DNA of 64,000 bases from Candidatus Pollutiaquabacter sp. (lineage in GTDB: Bacteria > Bacteroidota > Bacteroidia > AKYH767-A > 2013-40CM-41-45). The stretch is from the NCBI GenBank assembly GCA_947465495.1, contig CANIAS010000007.1, positions 444 through 64,443 on the forward strand. Direction: 5' to 3'. Made by a program: the position numbers and the translations under genes. Position 1 is the stretch's first letter; every line of letters starts with the position of its first letter. The notes below the pieces were generated by a model. That model saw only the letters and a list, made by a program, of their open reading frames with translations, had not been told where the DNA came from and made no database searches. This document shows, piece after piece, positions 1 through 8,920 of this stretch.

Positions 1-1
1 A

Positions 2-1345
2 GCTACCTCTGCCAACGCATCGAGTACAACCGTCGCGTCGGGAGGATCGGTTACCCTTTCTGTGAATGGTGGAACCTTGGGTACCGGTGCTGCATGGAAA
101 TGGTACAGTGGTTCTTGTGGAGGAGTTACGGTTGGCACTGGATCTACCTTGGTTGTTAATCCGACCGTTTCAACGACCTACTATGTTCGTGCTGAAGGGA
201 CTTGTAATACCACGAGTTGTGTAAGTGTTACAATAACGGTTACTTCCAGTCCGTGTGGACCGACTGGGGTTGTAACCAATGCGACCAATAATACTATTTG
301 CCGCGGAACTTCCGTAACGATGACGGTGCAAGGAAATGCCGGAACGGGTGGCACTTGGAAATGGTATAAAGGCACTCCGTCAACATGCGGATCAAACACA
401 CTGATTGGTTCAGGCGCCAGCATTACGGTTTCGCCTACTTCAACAACCTCTTATTGTGTTCAGTTGTCGGGTGGTAGTTGTGGTACCAGTTCTTGTTTCC
501 CGGTAACCATTACGGTGCAAACTGCACCGTCTTCACCATCGTCAATTACGGGTGACTTCAGTGGACTTTGTGGCAGGACGAATGTTGTATATTCTGTCTC
601 CAGTGTTTCGGGTGCTACTTCTTATCAGTGGACGGTGCCTTCAGGTGTTACGATTGTATCGGGTCAGGGAACGAATAGGATTGTAGTGAATTTTGGTTCA
701 GCGTTAGGGAATAATACCAGTTGTGGATCAACCTCAATTTGCGTGAAGGCGGTAAATACATGTGGTACGAGTGAAAGTCGTTGTACTGAACTTACTTTGA
801 AGCCAACTATTTCTGGTAGTATCAGCGGTTCCTCGCAAGTTTGCCGCAATCAATCATCTACCTATAGTATTGCAGCTGTCACCGGAGTTCTTCAGTACAC
901 TTGGACAGTGCCTTCTGGCTGGACGATTCTGAGTGGACAGGGCACGAGGACCATTAGTGTGCGTGCTGGATCCAGTTCAGGTAACATTGCTGTGAGTGCT
1001 AGCAATACATGTGGAGCTAGTTTGTCTATTCGTAAATCAGTTACGGTGAAAAGCTGTAGCCGTGAACCGGATGGGTTGGATTTGCCAAGTGTAATTGCTT
1101 ATCCTAATCCTACCTCGGGTGATTGTCAGTTGACGTATCAATTGTTTGAGCCGGGGAATGTGCAGGTTTTCGTGTACGACTTATTGGGTCAACAATTATA
1201 CACGAATGATTATGTCAATCAGGTGTCTGGTGAATACACTGTCCGCTTGCCATTGCAAGAGGTAAATGTGGCTCCAGGTATTTACATTGTGCGTGTTGTA
1301 TTGGCAGGGCAATCGCACGATGTACGATTGGTTGTCGCTAATTGA
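2..1345 (+). CDS. T9SS type A sorting domain-containing protein with Ig-like/PKD-like repeats (5'-partial)
   Basis: The frame is open from base 2 (ATSANASSTTV...). Cys/Thr/Ser-rich Ig-like units (WKWYSGSC, YQWTVPSG) and a C-terminal 'AYPNPT...VYDLLGQ...PGIYIVRV' T9SS type A signature. Confidence 0.85.
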   Translation, partial: ATSANASSTTVASGGSVTLSVNGGTLGTGAAWKWYSGSCGGVTVGTGSTLVVNPTVSTTYYVRAEGTCNTTSCVSVTITVTSSPCGPTGVVTNATNNTICRGTSVTMTVQGNAGTGGTWKWYKGTPSTCGSNTLIGSGASITVSPTSTTSYCVQLSGGSCGTSSCFPVTITVQTAPSSPSSITGDFSGLCGRTNVVYSVSSVSGATSYQWTVPSGVTIVSGQGTNRIVVNFGSALGNNTSCGSTSICVKAVNTCGTSESRCTELTLKPTISGSISGSSQVCRNQSSTYSIAAVTGVLQYTWTVPSGWTILSGQGTRTISVRAGSSSGNIAVSASNTCGASLSIRKSVTVKSCSREPDGLDLPSVIAYPNPTSGDCQLTYQLFEPGNVQVFVYDLLGQQLYTNDYVNQVSGEYTVRLPLQEVNVAPGIYIVRVVLAGQSHDVRLVVAN

Positions 1346-1399
1346 GGGTTTTTAGTAAGATAATTTTAATAGATTTTTTATAAATCGAGCATCGGCCCC

Positions 1400-1469
1400 G
1401 TCGGTGGTCTGTGGTCGATGGTCGGTGGTCGGTGGTCGGTAGTCGATGGTCGGTTGTCTGTGATCTGCT
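1400..1469. repeat. Degenerate 7-bp tandem repeat (consensus GTCGGTG), about 9-10 units
   Basis: Units read directly from 1400: gtcggtg, gtctgtg, gtcgatg, gtcggtg, gtcggtg, gtcggta, gtcgatg, gtcggtt, gtctgtg, atctgct. Confidence 0.85.
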
Positions 1470-1493
1470 GTGTTGAACTTTGAACAACACAAT

Positions 1494-1516
1494 GGCGCTT
1501 CGACACGCTTAGCGCT
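1494..1516. repeat. REP-like palindrome of the Bacteroidota CTTCGAC..GCTCAG type
   Basis: GGCGCT-TCGACACGCTT-AGCGC has GCGCT/AGCGC arms around a CTTCGACnnGCTyAG core, resembling REP elements common in Bacteroidota. Confidence 0.45.
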
Positions 1517-1536
1517 CAAAACATTTGACCATGAAC

Positions 1537-1583
1537 AAAAAAATCGCTTCAAACCTGTATCATTCGATGCAGGGCTGAAGCGA
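1537..1583 (-). terminator. Rho-independent terminator of the 1637..2260 gene
   Basis: Long imperfect hairpin TCGCTTCA...CCTGTATC-ATTC-GATGCAGG...TGAAGCGA, with an A-tract at 1537-1543 (U-tail on the minus strand). Confidence 0.65.
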
Positions 1584-1636
1584 CCCGTGTTGAAATGTGA
1601 TTGTTGTGCTAATCTTTTTCTAGATAATTATTAGCC

Positions 1637-2260
1637 TCAATTTAAATAGAACCGAAAGAGCAAACTGGTTTCTGTCAATGTTGACGTAGTCGTAGTCTCT
1701 GGGATGGTATAACTGCTGCTGTAATTTTCCGTAGTGCATTTGTTCTTGTCGTAAATCAAACTGAATTCTGCACCGACAGAAAACCATTTGGAAAAGAAAT
1801 ATTCTCCACCAATCACTCCGGAAACGGAGGAGATGGTTTGCTTGTTGTTGTACACATACGGATCGGTGGAGGTTTCGTACGAGATTTCCTCGTTATTCAT
1901 GTTTCCCATTCGATACCGTGCCCCCACTGAAAATTTCGCTTGTTCGTATGGAATCAGATAAAATCCTCCCAGACTAGCCACCAAGGCGTCGTCCGTTGGA
2001 ACGAGGTTGTTGCCTGATTCTTTCGTTTCTTTATTATATCCACCTACTTGTAGTTCGGCGCGAACGGTGGGCATGAAGTCGTATTGTACAATTAACCGAT
2101 TCGGCGGTATGTTGGTCAAATCAAGGTCGCTGGTCTGGAAGATGGAGGAGTGGATGCCAATCCCTAAATGCCTGCGAGGAAGTGTGTTGTCATTTTGTGC
2201 CAATGTAGGACTAGCGGCCAAACAAATGAGTGCTGTGGCTAACAATAGTTGATGCTTCAT
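1637..2260 (-). CDS. Outer membrane beta-barrel protein
   Basis: Signal peptide (MKHQLLL...TLAQ), amphipathic beta strands, 'GGEYFFSKWFSVGAE' and an aromatic C-terminus FRFYLN. Confidence 0.7.
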   Translation of the reverse strand: MKHQLLLATALICLAASPTLAQNDNTLPRRHLGIGIHSSIFQTSDLDLTNIPPNRLIVQYDFMPTVRAELQVGGYNKETKESGNNLVPTDDALVASLGGFYLIPYEQAKFSVGARYRMGNMNNEEISYETSTDPYVYNNKQTISSVSGVIGGEYFFSKWFSVGAEFSLIYDKNKCTTENYSSSYTIPETTTTSTLTETSLLFRFYLN

Positions 2261-2707
2261 AATCATGGTTTTTATATCGCCAAATTAGCCTGGCTTCCCA
2301 CCGTAGGGCAGGAGTTTGGTCAGGTTGTATACTGTGATTTGTCAGGATGATTGTTCTTCGGATGCTGCGGTAGAAAGTGCAGTTACTGCTTTAATAAATC
2401 CTAACGTGGATTTAACAAAAAACAGAACGGTGGCAGAAATAAGTTGCCTGCAAATTTGGTTGGAAGGTCAATCGTCAGCTAACGTATTCAATTGAATCTG
2501 GGATGTTTTTTGATCAGTTTACTTTTAAAATTTCATGACTACATCCTGGCCAAGCTTATGCGGCTGCCATTGCAACTGTAAGTTATTAAGTTTTGAACTT
2601 GGCGGTTTTCAGTAGATTCTTACAATGCGATTGAATTGGTCTAAATCAACTTTTTTTTAGTGCATTGGCTGGTATATTGTGTAGCATTATTTCAAATCGT
2701 TTCAGCC

Positions 2708-2806
2708 ATGCAATTAATTCTTAATGCCCTACTTACCTTCGAGTACATGCTTAAAACCGCACAGCAATTGGGTCAGTTTCTGTGGACTACTATTTTGAAT
2801 CGTTAA
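2708..2806 (+). CDS. Putative 32-aa small protein MQLILNALLTFEYMLKTAQQLGQFLWTTILNR
   Basis: ATG at 2708 to TAA at 2806 in an otherwise empty intergenic region, ending 11 bp before a bidirectional terminator. Below the ORF-track length cutoff. Confidence 0.4.
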   Translation: MQLILNALLTFEYMLKTAQQLGQFLWTTILNR

Positions 2807-2817
2807 TCATTAGGTAG

Positions 2818-2850
2818 CAAAAAAAGCAACCCTTTCGAGTTGCTTTTTTG
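2818..2850. terminator. Bidirectional rho-independent terminator
   Basis: CAAAAAAAGCAAC-CCTTTCGA-GTTGCTTTTTTG hairpin with A- and T-tracts on either side. Confidence 0.85.
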
Positions 2851-2873
2851 TCGTAACAATGGCAAATGAACAA

Positions 2874-3401
2874 TTATTCTTCCCAATTTTCACGCCCCAC
2901 ACTATGGTCCGTCGCGGATTGCTTTAGTGCAGTGGCATTTGAATAACGATCGGCAAGCGCTTTAATCGTTTTGGCTACATTCTCCCCAGTGGCGGTAAAT
3001 TTACCTAGGTCAGGTTGTCCGTTTAGCGATTTTGATAATAGATCGTGGATGGTAAGCATTCCTTGCAATGTTCCACTTTGGTCGGTTACTGGTAGTCGGC
3101 CTACTTTGTACGTGCGCATTTTGCTTAGCGCTTGTGCCAAATCATCCTCTGTTCGAACGGAATAGAGTTTCTGCGATACAATGTCTCCGACGTTGAGTTC
3201 CGCATGGGGCTTGATTTGGCGATCCGCCAGTGTCAGGCAAATGTCACGATCGGTAACAATGCCAATTACCTTTCGCGAACTGTCCAATACGGGTAACGCT
3301 CCGCAATTTGCTTTCTTCATTACTTTCGCTGCGTTGTGCAATTTCGTTTCGGTGCTGCAATATTGCAGCTTTTCCGAGGTCATAACGTCTTTCACTTTCA
3401 T
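2874..3401 (-). CDS. CBS domain-containing protein (Bateman module)
   Basis: MKVKDVMT...CGALPVLD...IGIVTDRDI and a second unit 'KVGRLPVTD...GMLTIHDLL'. Confidence 0.9.
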   Translation of the reverse strand: MKVKDVMTSEKLQYCSTETKLHNAAKVMKKANCGALPVLDSSRKVIGIVTDRDICLTLADRQIKPHAELNVGDIVSQKLYSVRTEDDLAQALSKMRTYKVGRLPVTDQSGTLQGMLTIHDLLSKSLNGQPDLGKFTATGENVAKTIKALADRYSNATALKQSATDHSVGRENWEE

Positions 3402-3459
3402 GGCTGTTTTTTTTAAGGTTTAACACTAGCAAAGAACGATGTTCGAGATTCACAGGTGA

Positions 3460-3495
3460 ATGACACCCATCAAGATGCTCGTTGATTCATCTCAA
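3460..3495. promoter_or_regulatory. Two Crp/Fnr-like boxes upstream of the CBS gene
   Basis: ATGAC-ACCC-ATCAA (3460-3473) and TTGAT-TCAT-CTCAA (3482-3495), compared with the FNR consensus TTGAT-N4-ATCAA. Confidence 0.4.
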
Positions 3496-3515
3496 TGCGT
3501 ACTAAAATTTCTTTT

Positions 3516-3551
3516 AAAAGAAGAGAGGCGGGTTTTTGGTTCCCGCCTCTC
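3516..3551 (-). terminator. Terminator-like hairpin upstream of the CBS gene
   Basis: Perfect 10-bp stem GAGAGGCGGG/CCCGCCTCTC (3523-3551), followed on the minus strand by TTCTTTT. Confidence 0.7.
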
Positions 3552-3903
3552 CGAATCACACAGTGTATTGTCTTTTACAACAAGTAGGTCTGTGAGTTTC
3601 TAACATCATCTCAATCGATTCTTGATGGGATTCGCAGTTTTTTTACTGCTTTTCAGTTTAAAGAGTTTAGTGCTTTTTAGGGCGTTTAAATCTCTTGACT
3701 TTTCCAATCGAACGCTATGCGATGAACGATGCAATAAAATTACTTCCTCGAATTGCCTGTTGTGATGACCCAGGTCTTTTATCGCTATGATATTCGCTCC
3801 TAAGGCCTTAAATCGCTTCCTCGCATGTATTCAGCCTCGGTATTGGAATGTATCATTATTCGTAGGGTATTTTCTATCTTAGGGACCCTAAATCCTATCA
3901 TTT

Positions 3904-6900
3904 ATGCGGAAATTGTTTTCATTCTGCTTTTTCGTGGCCATACTTTGCTCGTTCATGGCAGATGCACAAACTCTCCGGGTCACCGGCAAGGTGGTATCAG
4001 CAGACGATGGAGAGGCTTTGCCTTTTGTGCCGGTAGCGGTGAAAGGTACCAGCCAGGGAACGGTGACGGACCTAAATGGTGATTATTCCTTGGATGGACT
4101 TCGTGCGACTGATTCGCTTGTTTATAGTTCCGTGGGGTATCTTTCCAGGACGCTCTTGGTTGGTGCATCCACGATTATCAATGTGCAGTTGCAGCCGAAT
4201 GTGCAGCGATTGGATGAAGTTGTGGTCACTGCCTTGGGAGTTAATCGGCAAAAACGCGAACTAGGATATTCGACGGAGAAATTTAATGGTGATGAGATTG
4301 TGCGATCCAATTCGCCAAACGTACTCAATGCAATGACGGGTAAAGCGGCCGGCGTTCAAATTTCCAATCCCGATGGGGTAGATGGCGGTACTACTCGGAT
4401 TACCATCCGCGGAAACAATAATATTTCAGGAAATAATCAACCGCTGATTGTTGTCGATGGAATTCCGATGAACAACGATCCTGGCATGACGGATATTGGT
4501 CGTGGCCGCGACTGGGGCTCGGCCATCAACAACATCAATATGGAAGATGTTGAGTCCATGAACATTCTTAAAGGAGGAGCTGCATCCGCTTTGTACGGTT
4601 CTCGCGGAGCTAATGGTGTCGTACTTATCTCGACCAAAAAAGGGACGAAGCAGCACGGCATTGGAGTTTCTTATAACATGACGTATAAAGTGACCCATCC
4701 CTATCGTTACCGGGATGTTCAGAATGAATACGGAGGAGGTGCTCCTTCAACATCATTGACCGCTCCTGAATTTGAATTGGGACCTGATAGCATTCCGCTA
4801 TTTCCTTCGTTATCGACAGACCCTGAATTCGGGTATCCTGGTTCATCTGTTTCGTGGGGACCTGCACTCGACGGTCGAACCATTCGCTGGTGGGATGGTT
4901 CGTTGAAGAGTTGGTCGCCTCAACCCGACAATCTTCAGTTGCCTTTCCAGAACGGACATGCGATTACACAAAATGTTTCGGCGGAAGGCGGTGGCGAAAT
5001 CGGTACCATGCGGTTGTCACTTACGCATACGGACAATACGCCGATTGTACAGAATAGTAATTTCAAGCAAACCACCGTCAATACTAATTCTACGCTAAAG
5101 GTGTCTGACAAAGTATCCATCAACTTGGCGGCATCCTATGTGGATTTTCATCGCTTGAATAGTCCATTACTGGGAGAAGATCCAGAGTCTTTTAGTAAAG
5201 GGCTTCTCTATTCATGGCCCCGCAGTTACCAAGGAGAAGACTTGTCAGATTATGCCTTGTCAGACGGTACTCGTAATCCGCAGTCGGGGTATCCGTATCT
5301 GTACATTGATAAATATTTATGGTGGAATTATTTTAATCATAATACAACGCTGGATCGTTCTAAATTCTTGGGCGGATTGTCGTTGAATTATGCCATTACT
5401 CCTTGGTTGAATTTCACTGGAAGATCGGGTATCGATTACACCATGGATCAATTTGTAACGCGAAATAAACCTGCTGACTTAATTGGATTATTGGATGGAT
5501 ATTATTCTGAAATGGCGCAGCGAGACAATAGCATCAACAGTGAGTTCTTGTTCACGGCTACTAAAAAGAATTTTTTAAATACATCGCTAAATGTAGATGT
5601 CAATGTCGGCGGTTCGAGTTGGAGTCGTGACATGCATAGCGTCAGTGCGAATTCAGGAACCTGGTATTATCCTAATTGGTACAGCCTTTCAAATTACACG
5701 GCAACGGAATATGGCCAAGATGCCAATGGAAACGTGGTTGTCGTTAAAGCAGGAGATGATCCGTCAACCCTGATACCTAAGACAAATTCGTACACCAAAA
5801 AGATCAACTCCATCTATTCATTTATTCATATGTCGTACAAAGATTATTTGTTTGTTGAGTTGACCGGAAGGAATGATTGGTCGTCGACCTTACCGTCGGA
5901 TGCGAATTCATATTTCTATCCGGGCGTTTCAGTGAGTTATGTAGCTTCCGACGCATTGCCTATTACCAACAAATGGTTGAGTTATGTGAAAGTCAGGGGA
6001 GGAGCTGCACAGACGGCTACCGATACTGATCCGTATCAAACGGAGTTTTATTATACCTCCTCACTCTTTGGTGGAGATCAGTCGAGTTATTTTCCATCAG
6101 TCATTCCTCCAATTGCACTTAAGCCGCAACGGGTGAATACCTACGAGGCGGGTACAAATCTTGGTTTTTTTGACGATCGCATTGTACTTGATTTCACGTA
6201 TTACTACAAGTACTCGTTTGATCAAATTATCAATACACCCCTACCGCTTTCGGCTGGGGCTTCCTCAGTGCTCATCAACGAAGGTGCTTTGTCAAACCGC
6301 GGTTTCGAAATCTTGTTGAATGCAACCGTGTATCAAGGACGAAACTTAATTTTTAAGAGTGGACTTAATTTCACGCGTAACCGCAACCGCGTAGAAAGTT
6401 TGGGCGATTATGCAGACACTTATATTCTTGCTGATATTTGGGGAGAGAACGGACCACAAATGGCACTTCACGAGGGGGATGATTTCGGAACCATTGTCGG
6501 TTGGGACTATGTGTATAATAATGGTCAACCTGTCGTTAACGAGGCTGGTACAAAGTACTTGATTTCTGATAGTCGGGTGCCGATTGGAAATGCGAGTCCG
6601 CATTTCTTAGCTGGTTGGACGATGGAGCTCAGTTACAAGCAGTTTACGTTGCGTACGTTGGTTGATACGAAGTGGGGTGGCGATATCTATAGTGGGTCGT
6701 ACGTCATCGGATTACAGTCTGGCCAAAGTCCGCAGACGCTGGAAGAGCGCGATGGCGGAGGCTTACCGTATACCGACCCTTCGGGTGTGACGAGCAATTC
6801 AGGAGTTATTCTCCCTGGAGTTCACGAGGATGGATCGCCCAATACCACAGTGGTGCATTACTACTACAAATACCTGCCGAATGCAGGAGGTTGGGGACAT

Positions 6901-7176
6901 TTCTTGTCGAAACCGGGAGTGGTAGAGAATACCTGGATTAAAATGCGTGAAATCAATTTGACGTATGATTTGCCATCCAAGCTGGTAAAGAAACTAAAGA
7001 TATTCCAGGGTTTGTCAGCCAACATCACCGGACGAGACCTGTTTTATTTTTACACCACCTTGCCAGATCATATTAACCCCGAAGGATTGCTTGGTGCAGG
7101 TAATGCGCAGGGATTTGAATGGTCTTCACTGCCGGGAGTTCGTTCGTTTACATTCGGTATTAATGCTAAATTCTGA
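3904..7176 (+). CDS. susC: SusC/RagA family TonB-dependent outer membrane transporter
   Basis: N-terminal carboxypeptidase-regulatory-like domain, 'LDEVVVTALG', plug motifs 'PLIVVDGIP' and 'ILKGGAASALYGSRGANGVVLISTK', 'GRNDWSSTLP', and C-terminal 'FGINAKF'. Confidence 0.95.
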   Translation: MRKLFSFCFFVAILCSFMADAQTLRVTGKVVSADDGEALPFVPVAVKGTSQGTVTDLNGDYSLDGLRATDSLVYSSVGYLSRTLLVGASTIINVQLQPNVQRLDEVVVTALGVNRQKRELGYSTEKFNGDEIVRSNSPNVLNAMTGKAAGVQISNPDGVDGGTTRITIRGNNNISGNNQPLIVVDGIPMNNDPGMTDIGRGRDWGSAINNINMEDVESMNILKGGAASALYGSRGANGVVLISTKKGTKQHGIGVSYNMTYKVTHPYRYRDVQNEYGGGAPSTSLTAPEFELGPDSIPLFPSLSTDPEFGYPGSSVSWGPALDGRTIRWWDGSLKSWSPQPDNLQLPFQNGHAITQNVSAEGGGEIGTMRLSLTHTDNTPIVQNSNFKQTTVNTNSTLKVSDKVSINLAASYVDFHRLNSPLLGEDPESFSKGLLYSWPRSYQGEDLSDYALSDGTRNPQSGYPYLYIDKYLWWNYFNHNTTLDRSKFLGGLSLNYAITPWLNFTGRSGIDYTMDQFVTRNKPADLIGLLDGYYSEMAQRDNSINSEFLFTATKKNFLNTSLNVDVNVGGSSWSRDMHSVSANSGTWYYPNWYSLSNYTATEYGQDANGNVVVVKAGDDPSTLIPKTNSYTKKINSIYSFIHMSYKDYLFVELTGRNDWSSTLPSDANSYFYPGVSVSYVASDALPITNKWLSYVKVRGGAAQTATDTDPYQTEFYYTSSLFGGDQSSYFPSVIPPIALKPQRVNTYEAGTNLGFFDDRIVLDFTYYYKYSFDQIINTPLPLSAGASSVLINEGALSNRGFEILLNATVYQGRNLIFKSGLNFTRNRNRVESLGDYADTYILADIWGENGPQMALHEGDDFGTIVGWDYVYNNGQPVVNEAGTKYLISDSRVPIGNASPHFLAGWTMELSYKQFTLRTLVDTKWGGDIYSGSYVIGLQSGQSPQTLEERDGGGLPYTDPSGVTSNSGVILPGVHEDGSPNTTVVHYYYKYLPNAGGWGHFLSKPGVVENTWIKMREINLTYDLPSKLVKKLKIFQGLSANITGRDLFYFYTTLPDHINPEGLLGAGNAQGFEWSSLPGVRSFTFGINAKF

Positions 7177-7187
7177 GGAGAGGCGCC

Positions 7188-8810
7188 ATGAAAAAAACAC
7201 TGCTGATCATTACGCTTTGTATTCTTAGTACAATGCTTCCTTCTTGTCGTAAGGACTTCGAAGAGATCAACAAAAATCCAAACGGATTTACTTCTGCCAG
7301 TGACGGTTCGTTGTTTAACACCGTGCTCGCTTCCATGCGTTACGGTTGGAACGAGCAATTGTATGTGAATATTTCTGTCTTGTATAAACAAACTCAACAA
7401 ACGGCATTGCCCCAAGTTCGCTGGAATAATTACACCATCGGTACGGAGGAGATTTGGTCGAATTATTATACCTCACTTCCTAACTTGCGTGAATTGGAGC
7501 GTCGTTGGGCCTCGCTGGATACAAGCAATCATGCTGTTTTGAATATGATGGCGATGGAGAAAATTGTGCTCGCCTTCAAGACCTTTAAAGTGACCGATCT
7601 TTTTGGTGACATTCCTTTTTCACAGGCTGGCTATGGCTATCAGGACATCAATCGCTTGCGACCTGCATTTGATTCACAACAATCGATTTATCAATCGCAA
7701 CTCGAATCATTAGCATGGGCCGCTGAACATATTGATCCTTCGGCTGATGATGTAGAACCTTATTTGACATTTAAAACGTTCGATAATTTATTCATGGGCG
7801 ATCTCCTAAAATGGAGGAAGTTTGCCAATTCACTCCGGTTGCGATATGCCATTAGGATGTACGGTAAGGAGCCAGTCCTTGCTGGACGTATTGTCCAGGA
7901 GATCATCGGTAATTTCAAGCCTACCTTTGGTGTGAATGAATTCGGTCAGTTGAATGACAATCCATATACGGAAAGCGCAGTCATGTATCCGTATCAGTTG
8001 GGTTACCGTAACGAGAGTAAAGGTTGGTCGTTCAATCAGTCAAAGGATGCACGATTGGGTTCTACGATTTGGCAGTTGCTTTCTTCCAACGATAGTGCAG
8101 ACGGCAGTGGCATCTTTGATCCACGAGCGTATTATTTCTTTGATACCAACAATGATAACAAGTGGGTCGCCTATCCGAACAATCCTTCACCCGGTATGCA
8201 GCCAGACGGTGGTATCCCGTATGAATATCAGCGTGACGCTCTTTATACGCTGAAAGGGAACGATTGTCATTATTCACCGGTCAATTACCACTTGGTACGT
8301 GATCTCGATTATATCCCGGATATTTTTATGACGGGTGCAGAGGTGCTCTACCTACGGGCAGAAGCATACATGCGTGGTATTGGTGTTCCCAAGGATGTAG
8401 GACAGGCAGGAACGGAGTTTCTGAGTGGTCTTCAGTATTCCTTGAATTTTTGGTCGACCATCATGAATGGCTCTCGACTTCCATTGGGTAATTCTTTTAG
8501 TTCAGACATTACGGTTCCCTCTTCTGTGAATTTCATTTCTGTTCAGAATAATACCAACTATTTCTCTGTCGGCGAGTCACAGCAACTCGATCAAATCTAT
8601 GCGCAATGTTGGTTGGATATGTTTATGCAGCCGCAAGAGGCCTTCTCTTTGGCGCGCAGAACTGGCCGTACTCCATCGGACGGCACTCCGCTTTCAGTAT
8701 ACAGATTCACCATTCCGCCAACGGAGGTATCCTACAATGAGGCCAATTGGCTGAGTGCATTTGGCTCTGGAGGTGATGGCTTGTTGGAAAAAGTGTGGTG
8801 GATGAATTGA
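7188..8810 (+). CDS. susD: SusD/RagB family nutrient-binding lipoprotein
   Basis: Lipoprotein signal (LPSC-RKDFEEINKNPN), 'TDLFGDIPFS', 'WRKFANSLRLR', 'AEVLYLRAEA' and C-terminal 'KVWW'. Lies 11 bp after susC. Confidence 0.92.
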   Translation: MKKTLLIITLCILSTMLPSCRKDFEEINKNPNGFTSASDGSLFNTVLASMRYGWNEQLYVNISVLYKQTQQTALPQVRWNNYTIGTEEIWSNYYTSLPNLRELERRWASLDTSNHAVLNMMAMEKIVLAFKTFKVTDLFGDIPFSQAGYGYQDINRLRPAFDSQQSIYQSQLESLAWAAEHIDPSADDVEPYLTFKTFDNLFMGDLLKWRKFANSLRLRYAIRMYGKEPVLAGRIVQEIIGNFKPTFGVNEFGQLNDNPYTESAVMYPYQLGYRNESKGWSFNQSKDARLGSTIWQLLSSNDSADGSGIFDPRAYYFFDTNNDNKWVAYPNNPSPGMQPDGGIPYEYQRDALYTLKGNDCHYSPVNYHLVRDLDYIPDIFMTGAEVLYLRAEAYMRGIGVPKDVGQAGTEFLSGLQYSLNFWSTIMNGSRLPLGNSFSSDITVPSSVNFISVQNNTNYFSVGESQQLDQIYAQCWLDMFMQPQEAFSLARRTGRTPSDGTPLSVYRFTIPPTEVSYNEANWLSAFGSGGDGLLEKVWWMN

Positions 8811-8920
8811 GAAGGAGGAACGCTATAGTATGCGGCAGTGGGTCACCCGTCATTACTTGTACATTTCAGAATTTCACTATCTTACATCACCTAACATAAC
8901 TAATTAACACCTGGTATTGC

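Noticed and set aside
1400..1470. Possible CRISPR array
   Set aside because: Contiguous 7-mers with no spacers, and no cas genes in the window.
1352..1552. 66-aa minus-strand ORF with a repeated DHR/PTT pattern
   Set aside because: It is a translation artefact of the 7-bp tandem repeat and overlaps a terminator.
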